12,189 bases of DNA. Origin: Nitrospirota bacterium. Lineage in GTDB: Bacteria; Nitrospirota; Thermodesulfovibrionia; Thermodesulfovibrionales; JdFR-86. Under the pieces are notes generated by a model that saw nothing but the letters and a program-made list of their open reading frames with translations, made no database searches and had not been told where the DNA came from. Below, piece after piece: positions 1 through 8,443 of this stretch. The stretch lies in contig CAVRJY010000008.1 in NCBI GenBank assembly GCA_963721805.1, positions 1-12,189 of the forward strand. The letters run 5' to 3'. Every line of letters begins with the position of its first letter. The stretch's first letter is position 1. Position numbers and translations under genes: made by a program.

Positions 1-194
1 CGTATATCGGGCGGCCGACACCGTTGTTCTTCGCGCTGCGCGTGACGATGCCTTTTCTCTCGAGGGCCATCAGGTGCATGCCGGACGGCCATCAGGCCGT
101 GATGCCGGTCTCGCGGCCGAGTTCGGCCATGCTCAACCTCTCGGCTTTCGTTCGGCCGGAAGCAGGAGTCTATCTGGCGCAGTCGGGCTCTCAT
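1..194 (-). CDS. HTH transcriptional regulator, ArsR-like/SufR-like (COG2345-type); 5' part only, runs off the window, indel-damaged
   Basis: Manual translation across indels gives ..RLSMAELGRETGIT-x-MAVR-x-HLMALERKGIVTRSAKNNGVGRPIY. This fits the family pattern 'AELA..LGI..MAVR.HL..LE..GLV....GRP..Y'. Not in the ORF track. The start (ATG at 194) is uncertain. Confidence 0.7.
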   Translation of the reverse strand, partial: MRARLRQIDSCFRPNESREVEHGRTRPRDRHHGLMAVRHAPDGPREKRHRHAQREEQRCRPPDI

Positions 195-218
195 ACTAGA
201 AGTTGAACCATGCCATCT

Positions 219-248
219 AGAATACCACTAACAAAACATTTTTGTTAA
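219..248 (-). promoter_or_regulatory. sigma70-type promoter of the HTH regulator
   Basis: Minus strand TTAACA (248-243), 18 nt spacer, TATTCT (224-219), with an extended -10 TG. Lies in an AT-rich intergenic patch. Confidence 0.55.
229..247. promoter_or_regulatory. Palindromic operator candidate
   Basis: Perfect inverted repeat TAACAAAA-CAT-TTTTGTTA overlapping the -35 box and spacer of the predicted promoter. Confidence 0.55.
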
Positions 249-311
249 GATATTTTTAGGTGCCGCCATGATGCAAGTGGTGCCATGGCTCAGACGCTGC
301 CGGCGCTTGCC

Positions 312-2231
312 TTAGGCTATCTCGTGCGCGCGGGGTACCCGGCGCGCCTTCAGGTCCCTGCCGATCTCGTCGAGTATCGCGGGGTCGTCGATGGTAGAGG
401 GCACGGCGTAATCCGCGCCGTCGGCAATCTTGCGCATCGTGGCGCGCAGTATCTTGCCGGAGCGCGTCTTTGGGAGCCTCGCTGACTATCGCGGTGCTCT
501 TGTCGGGCGCCGCTATCGGGCCTATCTGGCTCGGCGTCGATCATGTGCGCGTCAGTTCCCTGCCGAGCGCCTCTTCCTCGGCCTCGGCCCCGGCCTTCAG
601 CACGACGAATCCCAGCGGCAGCTGGCCCTTGAAACGTCGGCTGCGCCGATTACCGCGCATTCTGCCACGTCCTTGTGCTTGGAAATGACTTCTTCCAGGG
701 CACCGGTCGAGAGCCTGTGGCCCGCGACGTTGATGACGTCATCCACCCTGCCCATGATGTACAGGTAGCCGTCTTCATCCACGTATCCGCCGTCGCCGGT
801 GAAGTAGTAGCCGGGATAGGGTGAGTGTATGATTCCTTGAATTTGTCGTCGTTCTGCCACAGGGTCGGCAGCGTTCCTGGAGGAAGCGGGAGCTTGATGA
901 GCACGAGACCCTCCTGTCCTTTCGGGAGCTCCTTGCCTTCGCTGTCGGCGATGATGACCTGGTAGCCCGGGACCGCCTTGGTCGGCGAACCGGCCTTGAC
1001 CGGGAATTCCTCGATGCCGCGGCAGTTCGCCGCAATGGACCAGCCGGTCTCGGTCTGCCACCAGTGGTCAATGACCGGCCGCTTGATCAGATCCTTGGCC
1101 CAGAAGTAGGTGTCCGGGTCGAGGCGCTCGCCAGCGAGATACAGGGCCTCGAATTTCGCGAGGTCGTATTTTTTATAGTGGTCCCCGTTGGGGTCTTCTT
1201 TCTTGATCGCCCTGAAGGCCGTCGGCGCGGTAAAAAGGACTTTCACACCGTGCTGGGAAATCACCCTCCAGAACGCGCCCGGGTCGGGAGTGCCGACCGG
1301 TTTCCCTTCGTACATGATGGTCGTGCATCCGTAGAGAAGCGGAGCGTAAACGATGTACGAGTGGCCCACGACCCAGCCCACGTCCGACGCGGCCCAGAAA
1401 ACGTCGCCGGGCTTCACGTTGTAAACGTTCTTCATGCTCCACTTGAGGGCGACTGCATGGCCGCCGTTGTCGCGCACGACGCCTTTCGGCATTCCGGTCG
1501 TTCCGGATGTGTAGAGAATGTACAGCGGGTCGGTGGCTTTCACCGGGACGCAGCGCTGCCGGGGTCGCCTTTTTCACCAGCTCGTCCCAGTCGATGGTCG
1601 CGGCCCGGGGTCAGCGGGGCCTTTGCCTGCTCGCGCTGGAAGATGATGCAGCTCGTCGGCTTGTTCTTCGACAGGTCGATGGCCTTGTCGAGCAGGGGCT
1701 TGTAGTCGATGACCTTTTTGCCCTCGATCCCGCACGAGGCAGACACGATTATTTTCGGCTTGGCGTCGTCGATGCGGATGGCCAGCTCGTTGGACGCGAA
1801 CCCGCCGAACACGACCGAGTGGATCACGCCGATGCGCGCGCACGCGAGCATCGCTACGCCGCCTGTGGCATCATCGGCATGTAAATGATGACCCTGTCGC
1901 CTTTTTGCACCCCGAGCGCCCGAAGCGCGCCCGCGAATGAGGCGACCTTCTCGGAGCGCAGCTCGGCGTAGGTGAATTTTTCTATCGTGTTGGTTACGGG
2001 GCTGTCGTAGATAAGCGCGACCTGGTCGGCGCGGCCGCGCTCGACGTGGCGGTCGAGGCAGTTATAGCAGGTGTTGAGCAGCCCACCTGCGAACCAGCGG
2101 TAAAACGGCGGGTTCGATGCGTCGAGCACCGTGTCCCACTTTTTGTACCAGTCTATGGCCTCGGCTGCCCTGGCCCAGAAGCCGCCGCAATCGCAGGCGG
2201 CCTTCCTCGCGAAATCGTCATGTCTGCCCAT
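312..2231 (-). CDS. prpE: Propionyl-CoA synthetase-type AMP-forming acyl-CoA ligase (multiple frameshifts)
   Basis: ORF pieces 1854-2231, 1540-1851, 650-1543 and 597-1061 plus a manually read C-terminus join into one gene of about 635 codons. Motifs: [87 protein letters not shown] precedes the start; TAA at 314-312. WVVGHSY and LAGERLDP favour PrpE over Acs. Confidence 0.85.
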
Positions 2232-2271
2232 ATCGCGGCACCTCGTTTACCAGTTTGCGAATTCTGAACCT

Positions 2272-2280
2272 AATATAACA
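2272..2280 (-). promoter_or_regulatory. Possible extended -10 promoter for prpE
   Basis: Minus strand TG-T-TATATT about 40 nt upstream of the start. No convincing -35. Confidence 0.3.
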
Positions 2281-2311
2281 TGGATCGACACGCACATATA
2301 GCTCCTGAACG

Positions 2312-2340
2312 TTGACATTGCCCCCAATACATGATAATTA
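2312..2340 (+). promoter_or_regulatory. Possible sigma70 promoter for the 2413 gene
   Basis: Perfect TTGACA at 2312-2317 and GATAAT at 2333-2338. The 15-nt spacer is short but contains a C5 run where an indel error is plausible. Confidence 0.45.
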
Positions 2341-2412
2341 TAACTTTAGATTAAGTGACCCTCCGCGGACAGATAAATCAGCTTTTTTAACAGGCTACAG
2401 AAAGGAGACATC

Positions 2413-2880
2413 ATGAGGGCATCTACTGCAACAATGGCGTTCGTATTCGTGTTTGGACTTCTCATTTTTTCCAATTCCTATGCTCAGGACAGAATGGGTT
2501 GGAAAGGCAGCGGTGGCTGGGGGGCCGGGGCGCATTATAATCGGCTGTATGATCCTAAAACCGTGGAGACCCTGCCGGGAGAGGTTGTCAGCATCGATCA
2601 CATTAAGCCCATGAAGGGTATGAGCTACGGCGTACACCTCATGCTCAAAACCGCAAAGGGAACCATGTCCGTGCACCTCGGCCCGGGCTGGTATATCGAA
2701 AATCAGGATGTAAAGCTTACCGAGAAAGATACCATCGAGGTTAAGGGTTCGTTAGTGACCTTTGAGGGGAAACCGGCAATTATCGCCGCCGAGGTCAAAA
2801 AGGGTGAAGAGGTTCTGAAGCTCAGAGACGAAAACGGCTATCCGGTCTGGGCGGGGTGGAAAAAAAGATCGAACCCTTGA
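2413..2880 (+). CDS. Secreted/periplasmic hypothetical protein, putative OB-fold (YDPxTVET...VHLGPxWY...LRDExGxPxW family; recalled resemblance to a MamS/MamX-like domain)
   Basis: Intact 155-aa ORF with AAAGGAG RBS. Sec-type signal peptide ending SYA-Q, then a Gly/Trp-rich linker and a beta-rich domain. Confidence 0.8.
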   Translation: MRASTATMAFVFVFGLLIFSNSYAQDRMGWKGSGGWGAGAHYNRLYDPKTVETLPGEVVSIDHIKPMKGMSYGVHLMLKTAKGTMSVHLGPGWYIENQDVKLTEKDTIEVKGSLVTFEGKPAIIAAEVKKGEEVLKLRDENGYPVWAGWKKRSNP

Positions 2881-2942
2881 CCTCACTTGCAGGCAATATC
2901 TGCGCCTCAGCTGTGACGCCGCCTTTGCCCGCAGCGTAAATG

Positions 2943-2965
2943 GAGGGCCGTGAGGACGGCCCCTC
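2943..2965. other. GC-rich hairpin between convergent genes
   Basis: GAGGGCCGT-GAGG-ACGGCCCCTC inverted repeat with one unpaired base. Confidence 0.45.
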
Positions 2966-2973
2966 AACCTCAC

Positions 2974-3012
2974 AAAAAAAAGAGGGACACCCGTTGACGG
3001 GCGTCCCTCTTT
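2974..3012 (-). terminator. Rho-independent terminator after ferredoxin/dsr cluster (possibly bidirectional)
   Basis: Minus strand AAAGAGGGACGCCCG-TCAA-CGGGTGTCCCTC followed by T8, starting 16 nt after the ferredoxin stop. Confidence 0.85.
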
Positions 3013-3028
3013 AATAGCCTTGGGTGAA

Positions 3029-3214
3029 TTACATCTCGTTGATCGTGATCGCGCCCGAGGGGCATACGCCGAGGCAGCTTTCGCAGAACACACACTCGCC
3101 GGTCTGGTGCGGGTCGGACTTGCCGTCGGTCATCTGGAAGACCTCGTTCGGGCACACGCTTACGCACTCCTCGCAGCCAGTGCACTTCTCGGTGTCAACA
3201 GTTACCATGTACAT
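3029..3214 (-). CDS. 2[4Fe-4S] ferredoxin (61 aa)
   Basis: Two CxxCxxCxxxCP motifs (CTGCEECVSVCP, CVFCESCLGVCP); acidic protein. A strong SD AAGGAGGTG places the start at ATG 3214 rather than 3223. Confidence 0.95.
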   Translation of the reverse strand: MYMVTVDTEKCTGCEECVSVCPNEVFQMTDGKSDPHQTGECVFCESCLGVCPSGAITINEM

Positions 3215-3287
3215 GATTCTCACCTCCTTGATATAAGGGTTTTTATAAACTTGTTATAGTTTAATCCGCTGTCCGCAGAAAAGTCCA

Positions 3288-3326
3288 ACCCCCTGCCCCG
3301 GCAGGCGAACGGCCCAGACAGGGGGT
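3288..3326 (-). terminator. Hairpin after dsrP (weak terminator or mRNA-stabilising stem)
   Basis: Minus strand ACCCCCTGTCTGGGC-9 nt-GCCGGGGCAGGGGGT, followed by TGGACTTTT (poor U-tract). Confidence 0.45.
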
Positions 3327-3334
3327 CGATCGGT

Positions 3335-4508
3335 TTAATGAGGGGCGTCGACGCCGCCCTTGCTGAGCTTGATGTCTATCGCGACCTTGTAAAGCGCGCT
3401 GAGGATGAAGAACCCCAGGGCCCAGATGCCGACCGTGATCATGATCTCGAGCCCGGTGGCGTGGTATTCCGTGACCTGCTCCATCGGGCTCGGGACGAAG
3501 CCGCCGATGACGAGGCCGATGCCCTTGTCGATCCAGAGCGAGATGAACAGCATGACGCAGGCCCACACGAGCTTCGACTCGTCCTGCCGTGACCTTCGGG
3601 AACAGGAGCATCACGATCGATATGACGCCGAGGATCGCCGAGGTCCACATGAACGGCACGAGTACGTTATGGCCGTCGATGCCCTGCCAGAGGTACTGGA
3701 ACGTGGTCTTGTGCTCGGGGATGTTGCTGTAAAACGAGGTGAAGACCTCCAGCCCGATGAAGAAGGCGTTCAGCAGGGCCGAGTACGTGACGATGACCGC
3801 GAGCTTCTGGATCGCGGCCTTGCCGGCGTCGAACCCCGTGAACTTCCTGACGATCAGCGCGAGGATGATCAGCAGCGCCGGGCCGCCCGCGAAAGCGGAC
3901 GCGAGGAAGCGCGGGGCCATGATCGCGCTCAGCCAGTAGTGGCGGGCCGGGAGGCCGGCATACAGGAACGCCGTTACGGTGTGGATGCTGACTGCCCACG
4001 GTATCGAGAGGTAGATGAACGGCTTTATCCACTTCGGCGGGGCCGTCTCGTTGCGCTCGGACTCCATCGCCACGAAGCCGCACAGCAGGTTCAGGAAGAG
4101 GTATCCGTTGAGCACTATCATGTCCCAAAACAGGATCGAGTTGGGCGTCGGGTGCAGAAGGACGTTTAGGGCCCTCATCGGCTTGCCGAGGTCGGCCATG
4201 ATGAAGGTCAGGCACATCACGATGGCCGAGACCGCGAGCATCTCCCCGAGGACGACTATCTTGCCGAACGTCTTATAGTCGTGCAGGTAGTACGGAAGGA
4301 CGAGCATCACGGCCGATGCCGCAACACCGACCAGGAACGTGAACTGCGAGATGTACACGCCCCACGATACGTCGCGGCTCATGCCCGTGATCCCGAGACC
4401 GTGGTTGAACTGCTGCAGATAGGCCAGCGAGCCCATCACCACAAGGAGGAAGAGGAAACCCATCCAGATCTTGTAAGTCTTGCCGCCTGTAAACGCTTTT
4501 TCTAGCAT
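3335..4508 (-). CDS. dsrP: DsrP, NrfD/PsrC-family membrane subunit (+1 frameshift near 3590)
   Basis: GLGITGMSRDVSWGVYISQFTFLVGVAASAVM, DLGKPMR, SIHTVTAFLYAGL and WIDKGIGLVIGGFVP motifs; polytopic. Removing one base gives PKVRQDESKLVWAC and joins ORF 3335-3568. Confidence 0.93.
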
Positions 4509-4515
4509 ATCACCC

Positions 4516-5301
4516 TCACACTAAGTAGTAAACCGAGGGGATAGTGCCCAGCTCGGGTTTACGCTGAATGTTGAAATTCTCCGCGAGGACCTTCCTGATC
4601 TCGGAATTGGGGTCCTTGAGATTCCCAAACACCATCGCGCCGTTAGATGCCTCGACGCAGGCCGGGATCTTCCCCTTGGCGAGCCGCTCGGTGCAGAAGT
4701 TGCACTTCTCGACCACGCCGCGCTCCCTGGTCGGGAAGTCCGGGGTGATCTTCTTGATGAAGGGCCTCGGGTCGCGCCAGTTGAAACTCCTCGCGCCGTA
4801 GGGGCAGGCAGCCATGCAGAAGCGGCACCCGATGCAGCGGTGCATGTCCATCTGCGTGATGCCGTCCGCGCTCTTAAACGTGGCCTTGGTCGGGCAGACG
4901 CGGACGCAGGGCGGCTTGGCGCAGTGGTTGCAGAGCACCCCGACCGGCTTTTCCTCGGTCTCCGTGCCCTGGAACTTGTTCTCCAGAGTGGGGAAGGCGT
5001 TCTGGAACGGGGCGGTCCATATCCACTTGATCTCGTCCTTCGGGTTGCCGAAGTCGGGGACGTTGTGGATGGTGTGGCATGCCTCGATGCAGCGCTTGTA
5101 GTCTTCCTCGGTGAACTTCTTGGTGTTTATGACCATGCCCCACTTGACGTCGGAACTGGGCACGATGTTGTTGACCTCAGGCGCCGTCTCGGCGGCACCG
5201 AGCCCTTTGCCCAAAAGGACGTCGCCAGCGGCGATGGCGCCAAGGCCGAGCGCCGCAGCGACACCTCCGATTTTCAGAAATTCCCTTCTGTCCATTCCCA
5301 T
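4516..5301 (-). CDS. dsrO: DsrO, Tat-exported iron-sulfur subunit
   Basis: Starts MGMDRREFLK (twin-arginine) after an AAGGAGG SD. Contains CNHCAKPPCVRVCP, CIGCRFCMAACPYGARSFNW and KCNFC. Lies between dsrJ and dsrP. Confidence 0.95.
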   Translation of the reverse strand: MGMDRREFLKIGGVAAALGLGAIAAGDVLLGKGLGAAETAPEVNNIVPSSDVKWGMVINTKKFTEEDYKRCIEACHTIHNVPDFGNPKDEIKWIWTAPFQNAFPTLENKFQGTETEEKPVGVLCNHCAKPPCVRVCPTKATFKSADGITQMDMHRCIGCRFCMAACPYGARSFNWRDPRPFIKKITPDFPTRERGVVEKCNFCTERLAKGKIPACVEASNGAMVFGNLKDPNSEIRKVLAENFNIQRKPELGTIPSVYYLV

Positions 5302-5302
5302 G

Positions 5303-5683
5303 TTATTGGACCTCCTTCTTCGTCGGGTCCACGTGACATTCGAAGCAGTATGGCTTGACGTTCGCATACTCGTGGCACCGGTCGCAGAAGTTCTTCTTAT
5401 TGTCGTGGCAGTGCAGGCAGGTGCGAGTGAGGCTCTTGTCGAACTTCCTGCCGTCGGTCGAGGTGTAGGTGCGCTCACCCTCGCGTACGGCCTCGAGCCT
5501 CCAGGCGTCGAGCATCTGCATGTGGTTTTGCAGCATGTACTCCTTGGACTCGATGCATTTCTTCTCCACGGTCGGGAGTTCCACCTTGGGGAACTCGGCG
5601 GTGCCGGTGTTGAGCCAGAAAGGCGCGGTCATGAGCACCGCGAATATTACCAGCCCGGTGATTACTTTTCCCGCGTCGTACAT
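5303..5683 (-). CDS. dsrJ: DsrJ, membrane-anchored triheme cytochrome c
   Basis: N-terminal TM/signal helix and three CxxCH motifs (CLHCH, CDRCH, CFECH). Extra Cys (KKCIES) and HMQML segment typical of DsrJ. TAATG overlap with the dsrK stop. Confidence 0.95.
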   Translation of the reverse strand: MYDAGKVITGLVIFAVLMTAPFWLNTGTAEFPKVELPTVEKKCIESKEYMLQNHMQMLDAWRLEAVREGERTYTSTDGRKFDKSLTRTCLHCHDNKKNFCDRCHEYANVKPYCFECHVDPTKKEVQ

Positions 5684-7337
5684 TACGCGTCACCTCCTTC
5701 AGCCATCGGCCCCGTGGGTGCGACGAGGTCGTCGCCCCTGAGGTCCTTGTCTCTTGCTTTTTCGCCGTCCATGATCAGCGCGTTGCCCACCAGTTCGGAG
5801 ACGCCGCATACCTCGACGCCGGGGACCCAGTAGCGCATGGCCGCGAGCAGCGTGGCGCGGTCGATGGCGCAGACGCAGCTGAGCATGTCCACGCCGTGCG
5901 TGTCAGCGACGTGCTTGACCGCGTTGGCCCTCGGAAGGCCGCCGCGCATCCTGACATCCATCAGCTCGTCGGTGTTAAGGCCGGTGCCCGAGCCGCAGCA
6001 GAACGTCTGCTCGCGTATCGTGTTTTCCGGCATCTCGTGGAAGTTGTTCACGACGTTGTTGATGATGTAGCGGGGCTCCTCGAGCAGGCCCATGCCGCGC
6101 GACGTGTTGCAGGAGTCGTGGAACGTGACCTTGCGGTGGTCGTTGCGCTTGGGGTCGAGCTTGAGCTTGCCGTGCTTGATCAGGTCGGCCGTGAACTCGG
6201 AGATGTGGATCATCTTGGTCGAGCGCGCGTTTTCGAACACGGTGCCGGTGATCGGGCTCTTGGGGACTTCGAGGAAGTCCGCCGGGCCGTTCATCGTGTC
6301 CATGTACTGGTTCAGGACGCGCCACATGTGGCCGCACTCGCCGCCCAGTATCCACTTGACGCCGAGGCGCCTGGACTCGTGGTATATCTTGGCGTTCAGC
6401 TTCTTCATCAGCGTAGTGTTGGTGAAGAGGCCGAAGTTGCCGCCCTCGGATGCGTACGTGCTCATCGTGTAGTCGAGCCCGATGTGCTTGAACAGCAGCA
6501 TGTAGCCCATCATCGTGTAGACGCCGGGGTCGGCGAAGGCGTCGGCCGAGGGGATGACGAACAGGACCTCGGCGCCCTTTTTGTTGAAGGGGACGTCGAC
6601 GCGGATGCCGGTGGCATCGAAGAGGTCGTCGCTTAAGGACTCGAGGTTGCTCTTGATGGCGTGGGGCTGCAGGCCCAGGTGGTTGCCGGTGCGGTTTGCA
6701 GTTGGCCGCCGGCTCGAGGATCCAGTTGATGTTGACGCCGATGAGGTGCATGATCTCGCGCGCCATCATCGTGACCTCGGCGGTGTCGATGCCGTACGGG
6801 CAGAAGACCGAGCAGCGGCGGCACTCGGTGCACTGGTAGAAGTACATGAACCACTCTTTGATCACGTCCTTGGTGAGCTTGCGGCCGCCGGCGATGCGCC
6901 CGAGGATCTTGCCGGCCAGTGGTGAACTCGCCGCGGTAGATCGAGCGCATGAGCTCGGCGCGCAGCACCGGCATGTTCTTGGGGTCGCCGGAGCCGATGA
7001 AGAAGTGGCACTTGTCGGCGCAGGCGCCGCAGCGCACGCATATGTCCATGAAGAGCTTGAAGGAGCGGAACTTGTCGAGGCGCTCCCTGATGCCCTCGAT
7101 GACGATCTCCTTCCAGTTCTCGGGGAGCTTCCAGTCCTCGTCGGTGGCCCTCCACTCCCTCGGGTTCGGGAAGTGGTGGTACTCGACTATTTTCGCCTTG
7201 CCCGCGTGGCAGAAATTGCCGGGCTCGAATACGACCGGGGTATCGAACCATTCGGTCTCGGGCGGCACTCCCTGAAGCAGGTTCGGCTTCTTTATGAGGC
7301 TGTCTATTATCTCGGCTGGCTTTATATTCTTGGCCAT
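5683..7337 (-). CDS. dsrK: DsrK, HdrD-like catalytic Fe-S subunit (two +1 frameshifts near 6920 and 6696)
   Basis: CVRCGACADKC and CTECRRCSVFCP cluster motifs, GGECGHMWR, and a CCG domain HDSC...FCCG...CVCAID. Removing single bases restores FTLAGKILG and ANCNRTGNHLG, about 550 aa. Confidence 0.95.
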
Positions 7338-7339
7338 TC

Positions 7340-8366
7340 TCAGTGATCCCCCTGTTTCTGTTCTTCACCCTCGTAGTCCTTGTCAAGGGGCAGGTCCACG
7401 GACTTCATGGCCTTCCAGAACTCGGCCTCGTATTCCGCATATGTGTGGAACTTCACCTCGGGGTTCCACGGGTTGATGTGGCGCACCTGCCGGCTGTTGT
7501 TGGCCAGGTTTCTGGTGGGGCTCATGAAGACTCCGCCCATGTGCATCAGCTTGCTCAGGGGGAAGTAGACCAGCAGCGAACTGACGAGGAATATGTGCAC
7601 GTAGAACATCGGGCTTATGCCCTCAGGGACGACCGGGCTGAAGGTCATGATGCCGTTGACCATCTGCTTTACGTGCGCTATGTCGGTCTTGAAGAGATAG
7701 CGCATCGATATGCCGGTGCAGGCTATCGAGAATATAAGGAAGAGCGGGAAATAGTCGGCCGCGAGCGAGATGTACTTCACCTGCGGGTTGGTGAGCCGCC
7801 TGATGAACAGGTAAGTCGCGGCCGCCACCAGTATGGCGTCGGTCATGTAGAACGTCGGCAGCGTGATCTGGAAAAACCCGTCCGCGCCCTCGATCATGCC
7901 GATGAAGCCCGGCACCGGGTTCGTGAACAGCCTGAAGTGGCGGATGAATATGATGAGGAAGGACCAGTGGAAGGCGAGCCCTGCGAGCCAGAGCGTGAGG
8001 CTGGTCTGGTAGGTGATCCGCGGCCCCTCGGTGACCTTGGATGAGGTGCCCTTGAAGAGCGACCGGAAGCACAGGACCTCCAGCAGCATGCGCCCGATGA
8101 CGCCGCTGGTGCTGTCGGGGTTTTCCAGCTTGTTCCACTTGATCCACGGCAGCGACTTTTCCTGACCGCAGGTGGTCGGGGATTCTAAACGGCACGGGGG
8201 ACTTCGCCCATTTGACGACGCGGGCCATGAAGCCCACGATAAAGACCGCGGCCGCGATGTACGGCACCACCACGCCGAATAGGAAGTGCAGTCCCGGTGC
8301 TTGCCCGCCCACGTATCCGAGCAGTATCAGCACCGCCACCGCAACCAAGGGAAATATCACCCTCAT
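7340..8366 (-). CDS. dsrM: DsrM, NarI-like membrane b-type cytochrome (+1 frameshift near 8180)
   Basis: PVPFRIPTTCGQ after removing one C, then FRSLF, FHWSF..RHFR, VHIFLV and FPLSKLMHMGGVFMSPTRN. His heme-b ligand candidates present. GAGGT RBS. Confidence 0.94.
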
Positions 8367-8403
8367 CTCGTAGCACCTCGCTGTCTGTATGATTGTTTTT
8401 CTG

Positions 8404-8443
8404 AAAAAAAAGCGGCTGCGGGCCCTACGGGACCGCCTCCGCC
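8404..8443 (-). terminator. Intrinsic-terminator-like hairpin overlapping the dsrT stop codon
   Basis: Minus strand GGCGG-AG-GCGGTCCC-GTA-GGGCCCGC-AG-CCGC followed by T8. The dsrT TAG (8427-8425) sits at the loop. Confidence 0.55.

Noticed and set aside
92..94. In-frame TGA in the HTH gene (and TAG at 1854-1856 in prpE) as selenocysteine/pyrrolysine or read-through
   Set aside because: The family motifs (MAVR; QAAVAML) reappear in a shifted frame, so these stops arise from indels.
2413..2880. Magnetosome island suggested by MamS/MamX-like resemblance
   Set aside because: No CxxCH magnetochrome motif and no other mam genes. The resemblance is from memory and the domain is not specific to magnetotactic bacteria.
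2363..3278. Shared C(C/T)GCGGACAG upstream of the 2413 gene (+, 2363-2372) and the ferredoxin (-, 3278-3269)
   Set aside because: Only 9 of 10 bases match, there is no flanking similarity, and it is plausible by chance in GC-rich DNA.
3261..3590. Extended Arg/His-rich DsrP C-terminus in the ORF track
   Set aside because: Out-of-frame read after the +1 indel; the true hydrophobic C-terminus is ORF 3335-3568.
5302..5478. N-terminal extension of DsrO in the ORF track
   Set aside because: Overlaps dsrJ in another frame; the Tat motif and SD fix the start at 5301 (or 5295).
1064..8044. Long plus-strand ORFs (e.g. 1064-1705, 3405-4169, 5111-5833, 5896-6636, 7343-8044)
   Set aside because: Antisense shadows of well-supported genes, expected in high-GC DNA; no recognisable motifs.
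6690..8185. Programmed ribosomal frameshifting in dsrK/dsrM
   Set aside because: No slippery heptamers seen at the shift sites, and the same indel pattern affects unrelated genes across the window.
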